Position numbers and translations under genes: made by a program. Under the pieces are notes generated by a model. That model searched no databases. It saw only the letters and a list, made by a program, of their open reading frames with translations, and was not told the origin of the DNA. A stretch of 64,000 bases of DNA, taken from the NCBI GenBank assembly GCA_963825865.1, contig CAWGVG010000003.1, positions 160,001-224,000 of the forward strand, in the 5' to 3' direction. This DNA comes from an uncultured Nitrososphaeraceae archaeon. GTDB taxonomy: Archaea; Thermoproteota; Nitrososphaeria; Nitrososphaerales; Nitrososphaeraceae. The stretch's first letter is position 1. The number at the start of each line of letters is the position of its first letter. Below are positions 23,224-33,993 of the stretch, in pieces.

Positions 23224-23410
23224 TTAACTAGCAAGGAATGCCTTTGTGATATCGGTCTTCGTAACTATTCCAACTAGCTTATCAATTGAATTTACAACAG
23301 GCAGGCCGCTTATCCTATTGTTTGTCATTATTTGTGCAGCATTAGTCAAGTCAGTGTCTCTTGCAACTGTTATTGGGTTATGTTTCATTATCTCCCTTGC
23401 CAAAAATATA
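23224..23410 (-). pseudogene. CBS C-terminal fragment (paralogue of the 28530-28707 segment)
   Basis: LAREIMKHNPITVARDTDLTNAAQIMTNNRISGLPVV..GIVTKTDI. Confidence 0.7.
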
Positions 23411-23615
23411 TTCTTTAAAGTTAACCTCTTTAATATTTATCTCTTCGACCCTTGTGTTGAGGCTCTGATAAAGGAAGATAAAAAGCACTTTATATATATA
23501 TATCTCATGACAATTTGTGTAATATTATTAAGCTAAAAATTAATTCTCATGCAATGCATGACACTGTATTCCACGTACTAAAATATCACTAAATATTATT
23601 TACTAGAGTATTACC

Positions 23616-24744
23616 ATGGGACAAGAGAGATATATCTATGACCGCAACAACAAGGATCAGGAAAAGAATGCTACTACTATTCTTTCTGCAAGGATTCACG
23701 AATACCAAAGACCGCTATCTATAGATGATATTCCAAAACCGAGAATATCTACAGGGGAGCAAGTTTTAGTTAAAGTAGCAGCCGCAGGCCTATGTCACAG
23801 CGATTTACATCTGATAAATGGTCAGTGGAAGGATATTATTCCAATACAATTACCAATTACGCCAGGACATGAAGTAGCAGGTTGGATTGAAGAACTAGGA
23901 AATTCTGTTCCTAAAGGAGTTTTAGATATAGGTGATCTAGTAGCTGTATTTGGAGGATGGGGATGTGGAATTTGCTTTTATTGTAAAAACGGCGATGAGC
24001 AATTATGCATAAATCCAAAATGGCCTGGACTATCTTCGTGGAATGATGGAGGGTTTTCACAGTATATCATAGTACCATCATACAGGTTTTTGATAACTGT
24101 GAATACATATCAAAAATATGGCATAAAGCCTGAGGAGCTGGCACCTTTGACTGATGCTGGATTAACACCATATAGAGCAATAAAAAAAATCAGGCATTTG
24201 TTAGTACCAGGAACGAATATAGCGATAATAGGAGTAGGAGGACTTGGGTCTTATGCGTGTACAATATGCAAAAATATTTGGTGCAGGTTCAAACGTAATA
24301 GCAATTGATGTTGATGATAGAAAGTTGGAGTTGGCAGAAAGGTTTGGAGCAGATCATGTGATAAATTCAAAGATGCAACAGGACATAAAAAAAGAAGTAT
24401 TACAAAAGACTGGTGGCAATGGACTTGATGTTGTTGTTGACTGTGTTGGTTCAGAAGAGACAATAAGAAATTCTGTGGCAACGTTAAGTAAGGGCGGAGT
24501 ATTGGTAATGGTTGGTCTATTCGGAGGACAGATAAATATGCCTTTGATTTCAGCTGTAATAAATGAATATCAAGTCATTTGTTCACTTTGGGGAAATTAT
24601 AATGAGCTACGTGAAGTTATAGAATTGGCAAAAGATCAAAAGATAAAACACAGAATACATAGCTTTCCATTTACAGAAATAAATAAAGCAATAGATTTAC
24701 TTAGAGTAGGTAATATAGAAGGTAGGGCAGTAATTGTTCCATAG
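23616..24744 (+). CDS. Zinc-dependent (MDR) alcohol dehydrogenase, one frameshift
   Basis: GLCHSDLH, PGHEVAG, CGICFYC..C, DAGLTPYRA, GVGGLG. Confidence 0.92.
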
Positions 24745-24835
24745 CAACAGATTTGTATTTCTTTTTCATCTCTTTTCCATTTCTAGCTATATACGCCAAT
24801 GATACTGAAATAATAAAATATAGCAGGTATTAAAT

Positions 24836-25319
24836 ATGAAACGAAAATTTTCAAAAATATTAGTGGCTATGGATGGCTCGGAATCATCTAAGGATGCAGC
24901 ACGATATGCTACTATGATGGCAAAGAAAAATAATTCAGAGTTAATTGCTATTCACATTTTAACTCCCGATGGTTATGCATACTTGTTTGATATACCACCA
25001 TCTGATGCTGGGTCATTAGAAGAGCTCATGAACATATCTAGGCATGTAGTTATGAATTGGATAGATGAAATCAAAGAAGAAGAAGAACAAACTAACAATG
25101 ATGGTAACAAAAATATGGACAAAATACAATTGAAAACAGAAGTAATCCGGGCAACTAAACCTATAGTAGGTGAGATAGTAGATTATGCTGAACGTGAAAA
25201 CATAGATTTTATCGTTATTAGGTACTAGAGGAAGAACAGGTCTTAAAAAGATGCTGCTTGGAAGTGTTGCTTCAGGAGTCGTTACCTATGCAACATGTCC
25301 TGTATTGGTAGTAAAGTGA
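24836..25319 (+). CDS. Universal stress protein (frameshift near the 3' end)
   Basis: KILVAMDGS ... GRTGLKKMLLGSVASGVVTYATCPVLVVK. Confidence 0.88.
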
Positions 25320-25622
25320 ATTGGATAACGGCTTAATGGTTGTTGTTTCTTCGCGTCTAATGATAACAAATGAATCAAGGCGAGATTTTCATATATAGTA
25401 TTCCAATATCTTTTCAATATTGTCCTTTTCCTATGAACTTGTGCCTCTAAATGTTTATTGTTGAAATATTAAAGAGGTTATAAAGAATTTTTTACAAAAA
25501 GACAAAAGTTATATCGATAGTAATATTACTAACAATATATTATCCATTTACAATCACTCTCTCTAAAATTAAGTAAAATTGTACTATTTGCAAGAAGTTA
25601 TCCTATACCAGTTTTTGCAGTT

Positions 25623-27609
25623 TTGGGATTGCTCTTAGGTGCCATCTATTATGTATTAAATCAATCTGTTGTGGGGCAATGGATTTGGTTTTTAACATTA
25701 ATTATTGGAGGAATTCCTGTTGTGTGGGGTACTGTTAAGGGAATGATACATCGTCATTTTGCTTCTGATATAGTAGCAATGTTAGCAATTGTTGCAGCTA
25801 TCTTGACAAATGAAGCATTACCAGGAGTAGTTATTGTTATAATGCAAACTGGCGGTAAAGCGCTAGAAGATTATGCTTTTAGAAGAGCTTCATCTTCACT
25901 GGATGAATTAATGGCTAGATCTCCACGCATAGCATATAGAAAAATGAGGGAAGTAAATAACAAAAATAATAATAATAATAATGGTTATGATGGTATTTAT
26001 GATCAAAGCCTAGAAGAAATAAAAGTAACCGATGTTCGGATCGGTGATTTACTTGTAGTACCGAGCGGGCGATCTTATTCCTGTCGATGGAGCGATAATC
26101 TCCGGACGAGCACAAATAGATGAATCCGCACTTACAGGAGAACCTTTGCCTAAAAACAAAGGTGTTGGTGATAAAGTCTTTAGTGGTACTATTAATGCAG
26201 GAGGAAGTGCTTTTGAAATGCAAGCTAGTAAAGTTAGCGAAGACAGTCAGTATGCCAAAATAGTGCAACTAGTACGAAAAGCCCAAGAGGAGAAAGCTCC
26301 AATACAACGACTTGCAGATAGATATGCATTATGGTTCACTCCTATAACAGTAGCAATAAGTGGACTAGGTTGGCTCATAACACAAAATCCACAGACTATC
26401 TTATCTGTCCTTGTTGTTGCTACTCCATGTTCACTTATATTTGCAACTCCTGTAGCTATTATGAGTGGAATAAATAGATGTGCAAAGATAGGAATAATAA
26501 TAAAGACTGGAGCTGCAATTGAACAGATAGGCAAATCGCAAGCAGTTGTATTTGATAAAACTGGCACTATTACTTATGGATCTCCTGTTGTAGAGGACAT
26601 TGTTATATTAACAAAAGGTGGCAAAATAAGACAAGAAGAGGACGATAATAATAGTATTAATAGCAATAATAGCAATACTGTCATTAGTAACAACAATAAC
26701 AATGCTTCTGATGATCTATTGCTCAAAGCTGCCAGGTATGGAACAAATGTCTTCTCATCCAGCAGCTCGTGTAATTGTCCAAAAAGCAAAAGAAAAGTTT
26801 GGTAGTAGTTTATTGCCCACTCCAAGAAACTTCCATGAAATAGCTGGAGCTGGGGTAGAAGGTGATATTAATGGTGAACATATTATAGTTGGTTCACAAA
26901 GTCTTTTTGAAAATAATGATAACAAGAAATATCATCGTCAGCAACTGCAACAACAACAACAGCAATTAGAACTAGGATTCGATAAAGAATTACTACTAAA
27001 TACTATAAAAAAACGAGGCGAAGGAAAAATGATAGCATTCATTGGTATCAACAGTATTCTTGTAGGAGCTATAGTACTTGGTGATAAGATAAGGTCAGGA
27101 GTTAATGTGATGATGCAACGTCTTCAAAAGCTTGGAGTAAAAGAAACAGTTATGCTTACAGGAGATAGCTTTGACAATGCACAGGTTATTGCCAAGCAAG
27201 CAGCTGTCACTAATTTTGAATTTAACCTTTTACCAGAGCAGAAGGTATTGGCAATAAAGAAATTGAAAGAACGGTACAAAAATATTGTCATGGTTGGTGA
27301 TGGAATCAATGATGCTCCTGCATTGGCGCTGCTACAGTAGGTGTTGCTATGGGAGCTAAAGGAACAGCAATATCAGCTGAGGCCGCAGATATGGTATTGA
27401 TAGTTGATGATGTGACAAAAGTTGCGGATGTATTAGAAATAGGTCAGAGAACAATACAAATAGCAAAGCAGAGTATTTACTTTGGGTTAGGAGTCAGTTT
27501 CATCCTAATGATTGTTGCAAGCATTGGATTAATTCCTCCAACAATTGGTGCATTGCTTCAAGAAATATTGGATGTAAGTGTTATATTAAATGCATTAAGG
27601 GCAAGATAG
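25623..27609 (+). CDS. Heavy-metal P1B-type ATPase (P1B-5-like), three frameshifts
   Basis: LTGEP, ATPCSL, FDKTGT, SSHP, GDGINDAPAL, QEILDV..NALR. Confidence 0.9.
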
Positions 27610-27815
27610 GTAGGACATAGAGTTTCACTATGTCGATTAGATAACTGGCAGATTTTATGCAAGATAAGTAACTCTACGCTTTATCTGGAGCTTACCCTAT
27701 CATGGTAGTAAAATGAAGGTATACTATATTTTGCAATCGATATATCATTCAAACAGGATTAATCTGTGCTACAAGTGCATAAATATAAGAACAAGGATCA
27801 ACATTATCTTAAAGC

Positions 27816-28707
27816 ATGCAAACGTTAAAACAAATAGATTTAACGAGAGAAGTCATCAAACTCCAACCAGATAAAACACTTTATGATGCTCGTAATGCCT
27901 TATTGATATACAACATTAGCAGAGTTATCCTTGCAAAGGATGATAAGCCTTTAGGGATTCTTACTGAGAAGGATATTTCTCGGTTCTTGTACGAGGACAC
28001 ATCTAACAGGAACCTCAAAGAGATTCGATTAGATGAGGTAGCCAGTAAAGAACTCATAACGGCCAGCGAGGATAGTGATTTGAAAACATGCTCAAAGTTG
28101 ATGATAGATAACAAACTTGAGCTCAATAGTAATAGTTGATACTGTGGGAAATCTCAAAGGCATATTTACAAAAAGCGATATGGTAGATGTTTATGCAAAA
28201 TATTATACAAAAAAAAGATTGGTAGAAGAATACATGACTAAGAGAGTCTTTACAGTAGATCCTGATGAAACTGTACAATCTGTCCTTCTTTTAATGGTTA
28301 ATAATAAAGTGTCAAGAATAGTCGTTACAAGAAATAGTAAACCTATTGGCATTATAACAGGTCGTGACTTGTTACCTATGAGTGCACTTTCAGATACATA
28401 CTTCACTATATACCAAACTAATACTCATGAGAAAAGAGTAGGAAGTGAACATGTAGAAGAACAATTTCTTCCAAAAAGACAGAAATATTCACAATATGTT
28501 CCATCTGGTGTTAAATCTATTTTCTTGGCAAAAGACGTAATGACACATGATCCAATAACTATTACCGAGGATTCAGATTTGGCTACTGCTGCCAGAATTA
28601 TGTCAAGAAATAGAATAAGTGGTATTCCTGTAATAAATTCAAGTGAAAATTTAATTGGAATAGTTACAAAGAGCGATATAATTAAAGCAATATATGATGC
28701 TAACTAA
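27816..28707 (+). CDS. Four-CBS domain protein, one frameshift
   Basis: Repeated GILTEKD/GIFTKSD/GIITGRD/GIVTKSD CBS motifs. Confidence 0.88.
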
Positions 28708-28996
28708 AGAGGGATATCAGAATTATGAACTAATTGTATCAGAAAAAGTAGTTGATAATATGAGTTAATGCATAAAATCAATCTGTTAAACAATCAATTA
28801 CTATTAGAGGCTCTTCACTTCGCATTAAACCTATAGCTAAAGATGTTATATTTCTCTTATGCTACTCAAAAGGAATAGAACACCACTATTAGTGTAGTGC
28901 TATATTAGAATATAGCGTCAATTAATACATGTCAAATTCACCGAATATTTGTTTAGCGATACTTTATATATAATATTTGTAAGCTTGCTGAGTACG

Positions 28997-29567
28997 TCAA
29001 CAGTTCAATAAATGAACTGTATCCATATGTTTATCTATTTTTCTTTTATCTTCAAACGCAGATTGACAGTATGGACAAATGATCACAGCAAGTTTTCCAA
29101 TATTTTCTGATGGAGTTTCGCCTGCTAATTCTACTTCAGCTAGATCTATTCCTTGGCTTGGAATATTACCAATAGCTGATTAAGGGTATAATTCCTAAAA
29201 TACTACCATCCGCTTTCTTTACCAGCAGTCTTCTTATATGCCTGTTTCTCATTATACAAATGGCTTCTTTTACTGATGCTTTATCATTTATAGAAACAAG
29301 AGGATGGCTCATTATACTCCTCAAAGTTGTTTCAGATGGACTCTTGTCTTCTCCTATCACTCTATATAATATGTCCCTTTCAGTAACAATTCCTATAGGT
29401 TGTTGAGTACTCTTGTTAGTTATTATAATACTAGACATGTCACCGTTACGCATGACTTTTACTCCTTCGCTTACTGTGTTGTCTTCATTTAAAGTAATGT
29501 AATTTCTGCTAGTGATACTTCCAACGTCTTTAGAAAGATAATATTCTTGGTTCAATAATCTTAACAT
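28997..29567 (-). CDS. CBS pair fused to a C-terminal C2H2-type zinc finger (frameshift ~29170)
   Basis: GIVTERDIL, IRRLLV; after the frameshift ...IICPYCQSAFEDKRKIDKHMDTVH. Confidence 0.75.
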
Positions 29568-29677
29568 ATCTGCAAGCTGAATAATATAAATATTATTAAA
29601 AGTCAGTCTATGTATTGTTCTCCTTATTTTTTATTCAGAAATACCAATGTTTTCGTAAAAATAAAAAATAAAGCGCT

Positions 29678-29884
29678 TCAGGGAGTTGTTACCTGATATG
29701 GAGATGGTGGAACGTATTTGATTGGGTATGGTGGATGTGGTGACCATGGTGGTACCGGGATTACTGGCGGTAGGATTCCCGTGGTAACGCCATATACAGT
29801 CGCAGGAGTCAAGACAAGACTGCCTATCATGAGCACTAGAAATATCGTTCCTAGCAGCATTCCTATTTTGGTAGTAGTAGACAT
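29678..29884 (-). CDS. Small secreted or membrane-anchored Pro-rich protein
   Basis: N-terminal hydrophobic signal followed by PPVIPVPPWSPHPPYP. Confidence 0.5.
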   Translation of the reverse strand: MSTTTKIGMLLGTIFLVLMIGSLVLTPATVYGVTTGILPPVIPVPPWSPHPPYPIKYVPPSPYQVTTP

Positions 29885-30199
29885 TTTCTCGTATCACCCC
29901 TTCATGTATATATTACAATAGAAAACTATATGCGCAGTATGTGTATAGTGCAATGCTGTGCAGTTTATTGGTATAAAAGTTAAGGTATACCGATGGTAGT
30001 ACGGGATCTATTCAAACAATAGATAGTCTAATCGACAAAAAATCTAATTAAGTTACTTTTGCTTCCTGTTCCGCCATACACGCAAAACAAATTATTTTTA
30101 GTGGTTTTTTGTACTCATCTGGAACTTCCCAATATGATTTGCAACTTTTGCAAGTTATAAATTTACCCGTTTTCTTTTATTCACTTCCTCACACTAGTT

Positions 30200-30415
30200 G
30201 TGATAATAGGAGTTTTCATTTTGCTTAACTTCTATATGAGAAAGAGAATGATGAAAAGAATGGGAATGGGAGGAGTAGGAATGTTTGGTTCAATGTCGCC
30301 ATCTTCAATGTTTGGAGATAGTTCATTAAAATATTACTGTATGAGTTGCGGAACACAACACAAACAAGCTGCATGTCCTAAATGTGGTTCTAAGATGAAA
30401 AGAGTTGGGTCTTGA
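30200..30415 (+). CDS. Membrane-anchored zinc-ribbon protein (probably 5' truncated)
   Basis: YYCMSCG..ACPKCGSKM. Confidence 0.7.
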   Translation: MIIGVFILLNFYMRKRMMKRMGMGGVGMFGSMSPSSMFGDSSLKYYCMSCGTQHKQAACPKCGSKMKRVGS

Positions 30416-30524
30416 CATGAATTAATCAAAATCCACAGCCTGTCATCATTACTAGCATAATATAAACAGAATACTAATAAATAAGAATTGTAAGGGAAGG
30501 TAATCAATTGGAAGGAGAAAGGTA

Positions 30525-30833
30525 ATGGGAGATATGGTATTTCCATATAAAAAAATACTAGTACCATATGATGGTTCTAAACAATCAGAAAATGCATTGC
30601 AACAAGCAATACAATTAGCTGATTTTTCGTTTTCAAGTGGAACTACTACAGAAAGTATACAAATAATATTATTACACATAGTAGAGGAAATTCATATTCG
30701 TATTCCAAATCTCTACTTTGGGCTAAGAATACTTGCTGGCAAGTCTATGAAGAAATTCTTCGAGGAAGTATATGAAGATATACTTCGTTTGTCCAAAGGG
30801 CTGTGTTCATTTAACAGAACATCTATAGATTAA
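30525..30833 (+). pseudogene. Universal stress protein, N-terminal half
   Basis: YKKILVPYDGSKQSENAL; no C-terminal GxxG-GS motif. Confidence 0.75.
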
Positions 30834-30917
30834 CGTTGCTCTATTTACACTATGGGTATCAGACCACTTTTTGTTTATTTTGGAAATAGCGTGTGTATGC
30901 TTTTGCTTTTTGCTTAT

Positions 30918-31109
30918 CTATTCCTCTGACATTCCTATGTATACGAGAAGTGCAGAGTAATCGTTAGTATTATCATCTCTCTTAAATGAAGAGTATTTAA
31001 TATCTATTATCTTCTGAATATTATTTTCCCTTAAAAAATCATTGATTTGATTTGAAAGAGAATCAGGATGAGTCGAATTAAATGCTTGAGTAAGTATTAT
31101 ACGTTTCAT
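30918..31109 (-). CDS. Small hypothetical protein (Cse60/DUF2758-like)
   Basis: LSNQINDFL..IIDIKYSS..YSALLVY pattern. Confidence 0.5.
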   Translation of the reverse strand: MKRIILTQAFNSTHPDSLSNQINDFLRENNIQKIIDIKYSSFKRDDNTNDYSALLVYIGMSEE

Positions 31110-31224
31110 TCAGACTTAACCATCATTAATGCTTGGCAATGGCGTTTACTAACTTTTGCTTTTGTTCAATGTCAGTAATTATTTTAGGATATGAATTTTA
31201 ATTAGAGCTTCTTTTTAACTAAAA

Positions 31225-31497
31225 ATGAATATGTCAACTACTACTACTGGTGCTAGTCAAAAAACGATATTCTCCAAAATATTAGTTGCAATTGATGGCT
31301 CTAATGCCTCAATGTATGCAGCAGATTACGCTATCTCTCTATCTAAAGAATATAATAATGCAGAACTTTATGCTTTGCATGTTATACGTGCCGATGTTGA
31401 TTTATTTGGGCCACATGAAACATCTTTCCTCGTTATTTGTGTATTCCTGATATCTTGTAAAGTCAAGTGGAGTGATTATGCCAATAGATTTGCTTAA
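31225..31497 (+). pseudogene. Universal stress protein, N-terminal fragment
   Basis: FSKILVAIDGSNASMYAADYAI..LYALHVI; diverges after ~31425. Confidence 0.75.
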
Positions 31498-32038
31498 ATT
31501 AATTTTATCATCATGGTCAACAACGAATAAATGCCTTACGTCTGCAACATCATATCAGCTCCACCGATAGCGATGAATTAGAATAGTAATAAGAGGAGAA
31601 AACATTATCTGCTTATTTGTAACTGCGCTAGTTACGTACATCATTAATGTTCTACAGATAACCACCAATGATATGTTTGCTACTAATCCTGCCGATAGGT
31701 TTCTTGCTTTCGTTGATTACTACTAGACCATCTACATAGATCTGAGGACCGATTGCAAGAAATGTCGCTATTTGCAACATATGAGCAGTTGGGTTTACGA
31801 ACAAGTACGGTCGTCTAAAAATATGAGATGCTGCATCTTTAATTGGAATACCTTATAGATCAAGATGATAGTTCATGCAAGAACTCGCTCCCTTCAAAGT
31901 TAGTGGATGCATGTTCTTCTACATAACCCTTTAGGCACTTTGCATGATATGATGCATCACTTGAATCTTTACGATTCCCTTATTTTATTATTGAAACAAT
32001 TAATAATATAGGGTATAACTAAATAATAGAATAAGAGT

Positions 32039-32605
32039 ATGAGTATCGAATCTATTCCAGTATCTAGCTTTATGACAACGAATATAATAACACAAACAGA
32101 AGATCAAAATATTCGAGCAGTTTCGAGGACTATGTATGAAAATAATATTGGCAGTATAGTTATTGTAAAAAATAATAATAAAGATCGCGATAGTGATATC
32201 AACAACAACAATAACAAACAGCCAGTAGGAATAATCACAGAAAGGGATATAGTACGGATATTAGGATCACTAGAACCAGATTTACTCAAAATACCAGTAC
32301 GCCAGCTGATGAGCAAACCTCTAATTACAATATCACCTAATAGCTCCATTAAAGATGCAATGCAGACTATGCAATCGAAGAACATCCGTAGACTAGTAGT
32401 AGTAGCTAAAAAAGAAGGAAAAGTAAATCATGATGATGATAATAATATGGTAGGAATAATCACCGATAAAGATATATTCAGAGCAATAATGAAAAACCAA
32501 AGTCTAATACCTAGTCTATTAAACGATGAATTACTGACACAACACAAACCAGTATATGAACAATTTAGTGAATATTGGTTTGGTGATATTCTCCATAGGC
32601 GTTGA
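32039..32605 (+). CDS. CBS pair protein
   Basis: GIITERDIV, IRRLVVV, GIITDKDI. Confidence 0.9.
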   Translation: MSIESIPVSSFMTTNIITQTEDQNIRAVSRTMYENNIGSIVIVKNNNKDRDSDINNNNNKQPVGIITERDIVRILGSLEPDLLKIPVRQLMSKPLITISPNSSIKDAMQTMQSKNIRRLVVVAKKEGKVNHDDDNNMVGIITDKDIFRAIMKNQSLIPSLLNDELLTQHKPVYEQFSEYWFGDILHRR

Positions 32606-32914
32606 AAAATTATTGATTGTAGAAAAATAGGTGATTCAGACAACAAAACAGCTTTCAAAATTTGCAACGTAAGAGAAGAAATATTCTAGAGCAACCGTAC
32701 TGAATTACAATTGAAAACTAGTTTGAAATAAACTCCTCTAGAATATCTGTCTTAAGTTCTTAAGCAATATCAGAAAGCTTTAAAAAGTTTACTTCAGCAA
32801 TCTGTCTTATCATTCGATGGACTCCTTATTTTAAATTAATCATTTTTACCTGACGTTTTACCAGGAGTGAATCATTTAGTATATATTTTAGGTAGGTATA
32901 TTTCGTAGTGCTTA

Positions 32915-33385
32915 ATGAGTATAAAAGATGATGAGTCTGATGCTGCTGCTCCTGTCTCTAAATTTATGACTAAAACAGTATTAACAGCAAATGTTGACCA
33001 AACTATACAATCTGTTTGTAAAATCATGCACGAAAATCACATAGGTAGTGTGGTCATTGTCAAAAGAGAAATAGATGGCAATAAACCATTGGGAATAATT
33101 ACTGAAAGCGATATAATACACAAAATAGGTTCAGTAGAACTCTTTAGTACTCAGACTCCAATAAGAGAATTAATGAGTAGCAATATAATTTCAATTAAAC
33201 CACATAATACAATAAGCGATGTCATAGGAATTATGCATGGAAACAACATTCGACGGCTTCCAGTAATTGGTAACGATGGAAAAATGATTGGAATAATCAC
33301 CTATAAAGACATACTTAAGGCAATTGCAAGAAAGAGATCCATTGCATCTGCTTATCTATCTAGAAGATTTGATGTTGAAGGCTAA
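32915..33385 (+). CDS. CBS pair protein
   Basis: GIITESDI, IRRLPVI, GIITYKDI. Confidence 0.9.
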   Translation: MSIKDDESDAAAPVSKFMTKTVLTANVDQTIQSVCKIMHENHIGSVVIVKREIDGNKPLGIITESDIIHKIGSVELFSTQTPIRELMSSNIISIKPHNTISDVIGIMHGNNIRRLPVIGNDGKMIGIITYKDILKAIARKRSIASAYLSRRFDVEG

Positions 33386-33993
33386 AGGACTGCGGTATTG
33401 TTCCTGGTCAGGTGTAATGTTTGATGGTCTTGCCCATGGGTTGTCATTTGTTGCAACCAACTTGCTTTTTCAAGGAATTTTCTTCAAAAAGGTTAGGTAT
33501 AAGGGTAGTATATATGGGTAAATAGTAGGATTATACTGAAAGCCAGAATGTTGACTTGATTAAAATGGCACTAGGGTACATCAGGACTGAAAAAGATGTT
33601 ACTTGGAAGTGGTATATCAGGTGCTGTAATGTTGTATTGTATGAGCATTGTCCAGTCATTGACACAGAATAACTTAAAAGATAATTATTTAATTACTATG
33701 AACAAATCGATTTTGAATATTCTATATTCAACACAGCAGAAGATATCCAATATCAGAGTTTGCCGTTTCAGGAATCTGAGTGCAATTTTTCATTGCATCT
33801 TGCTACAATCTTACTGTTGGAGATTGGATTTAGCTGATTGCATTATTTATTGGAAGAATTCCTGTTGTTATAGTGGACAAAACAGGCATAATCACATATG
33901 CAACTCCTGTTGTAGAGGGATCATATCATCATCATCAACAATAGTGAATGAATTTATTGAAAGACTTCTTACTCTTTATTCTCTTTTCACTAC

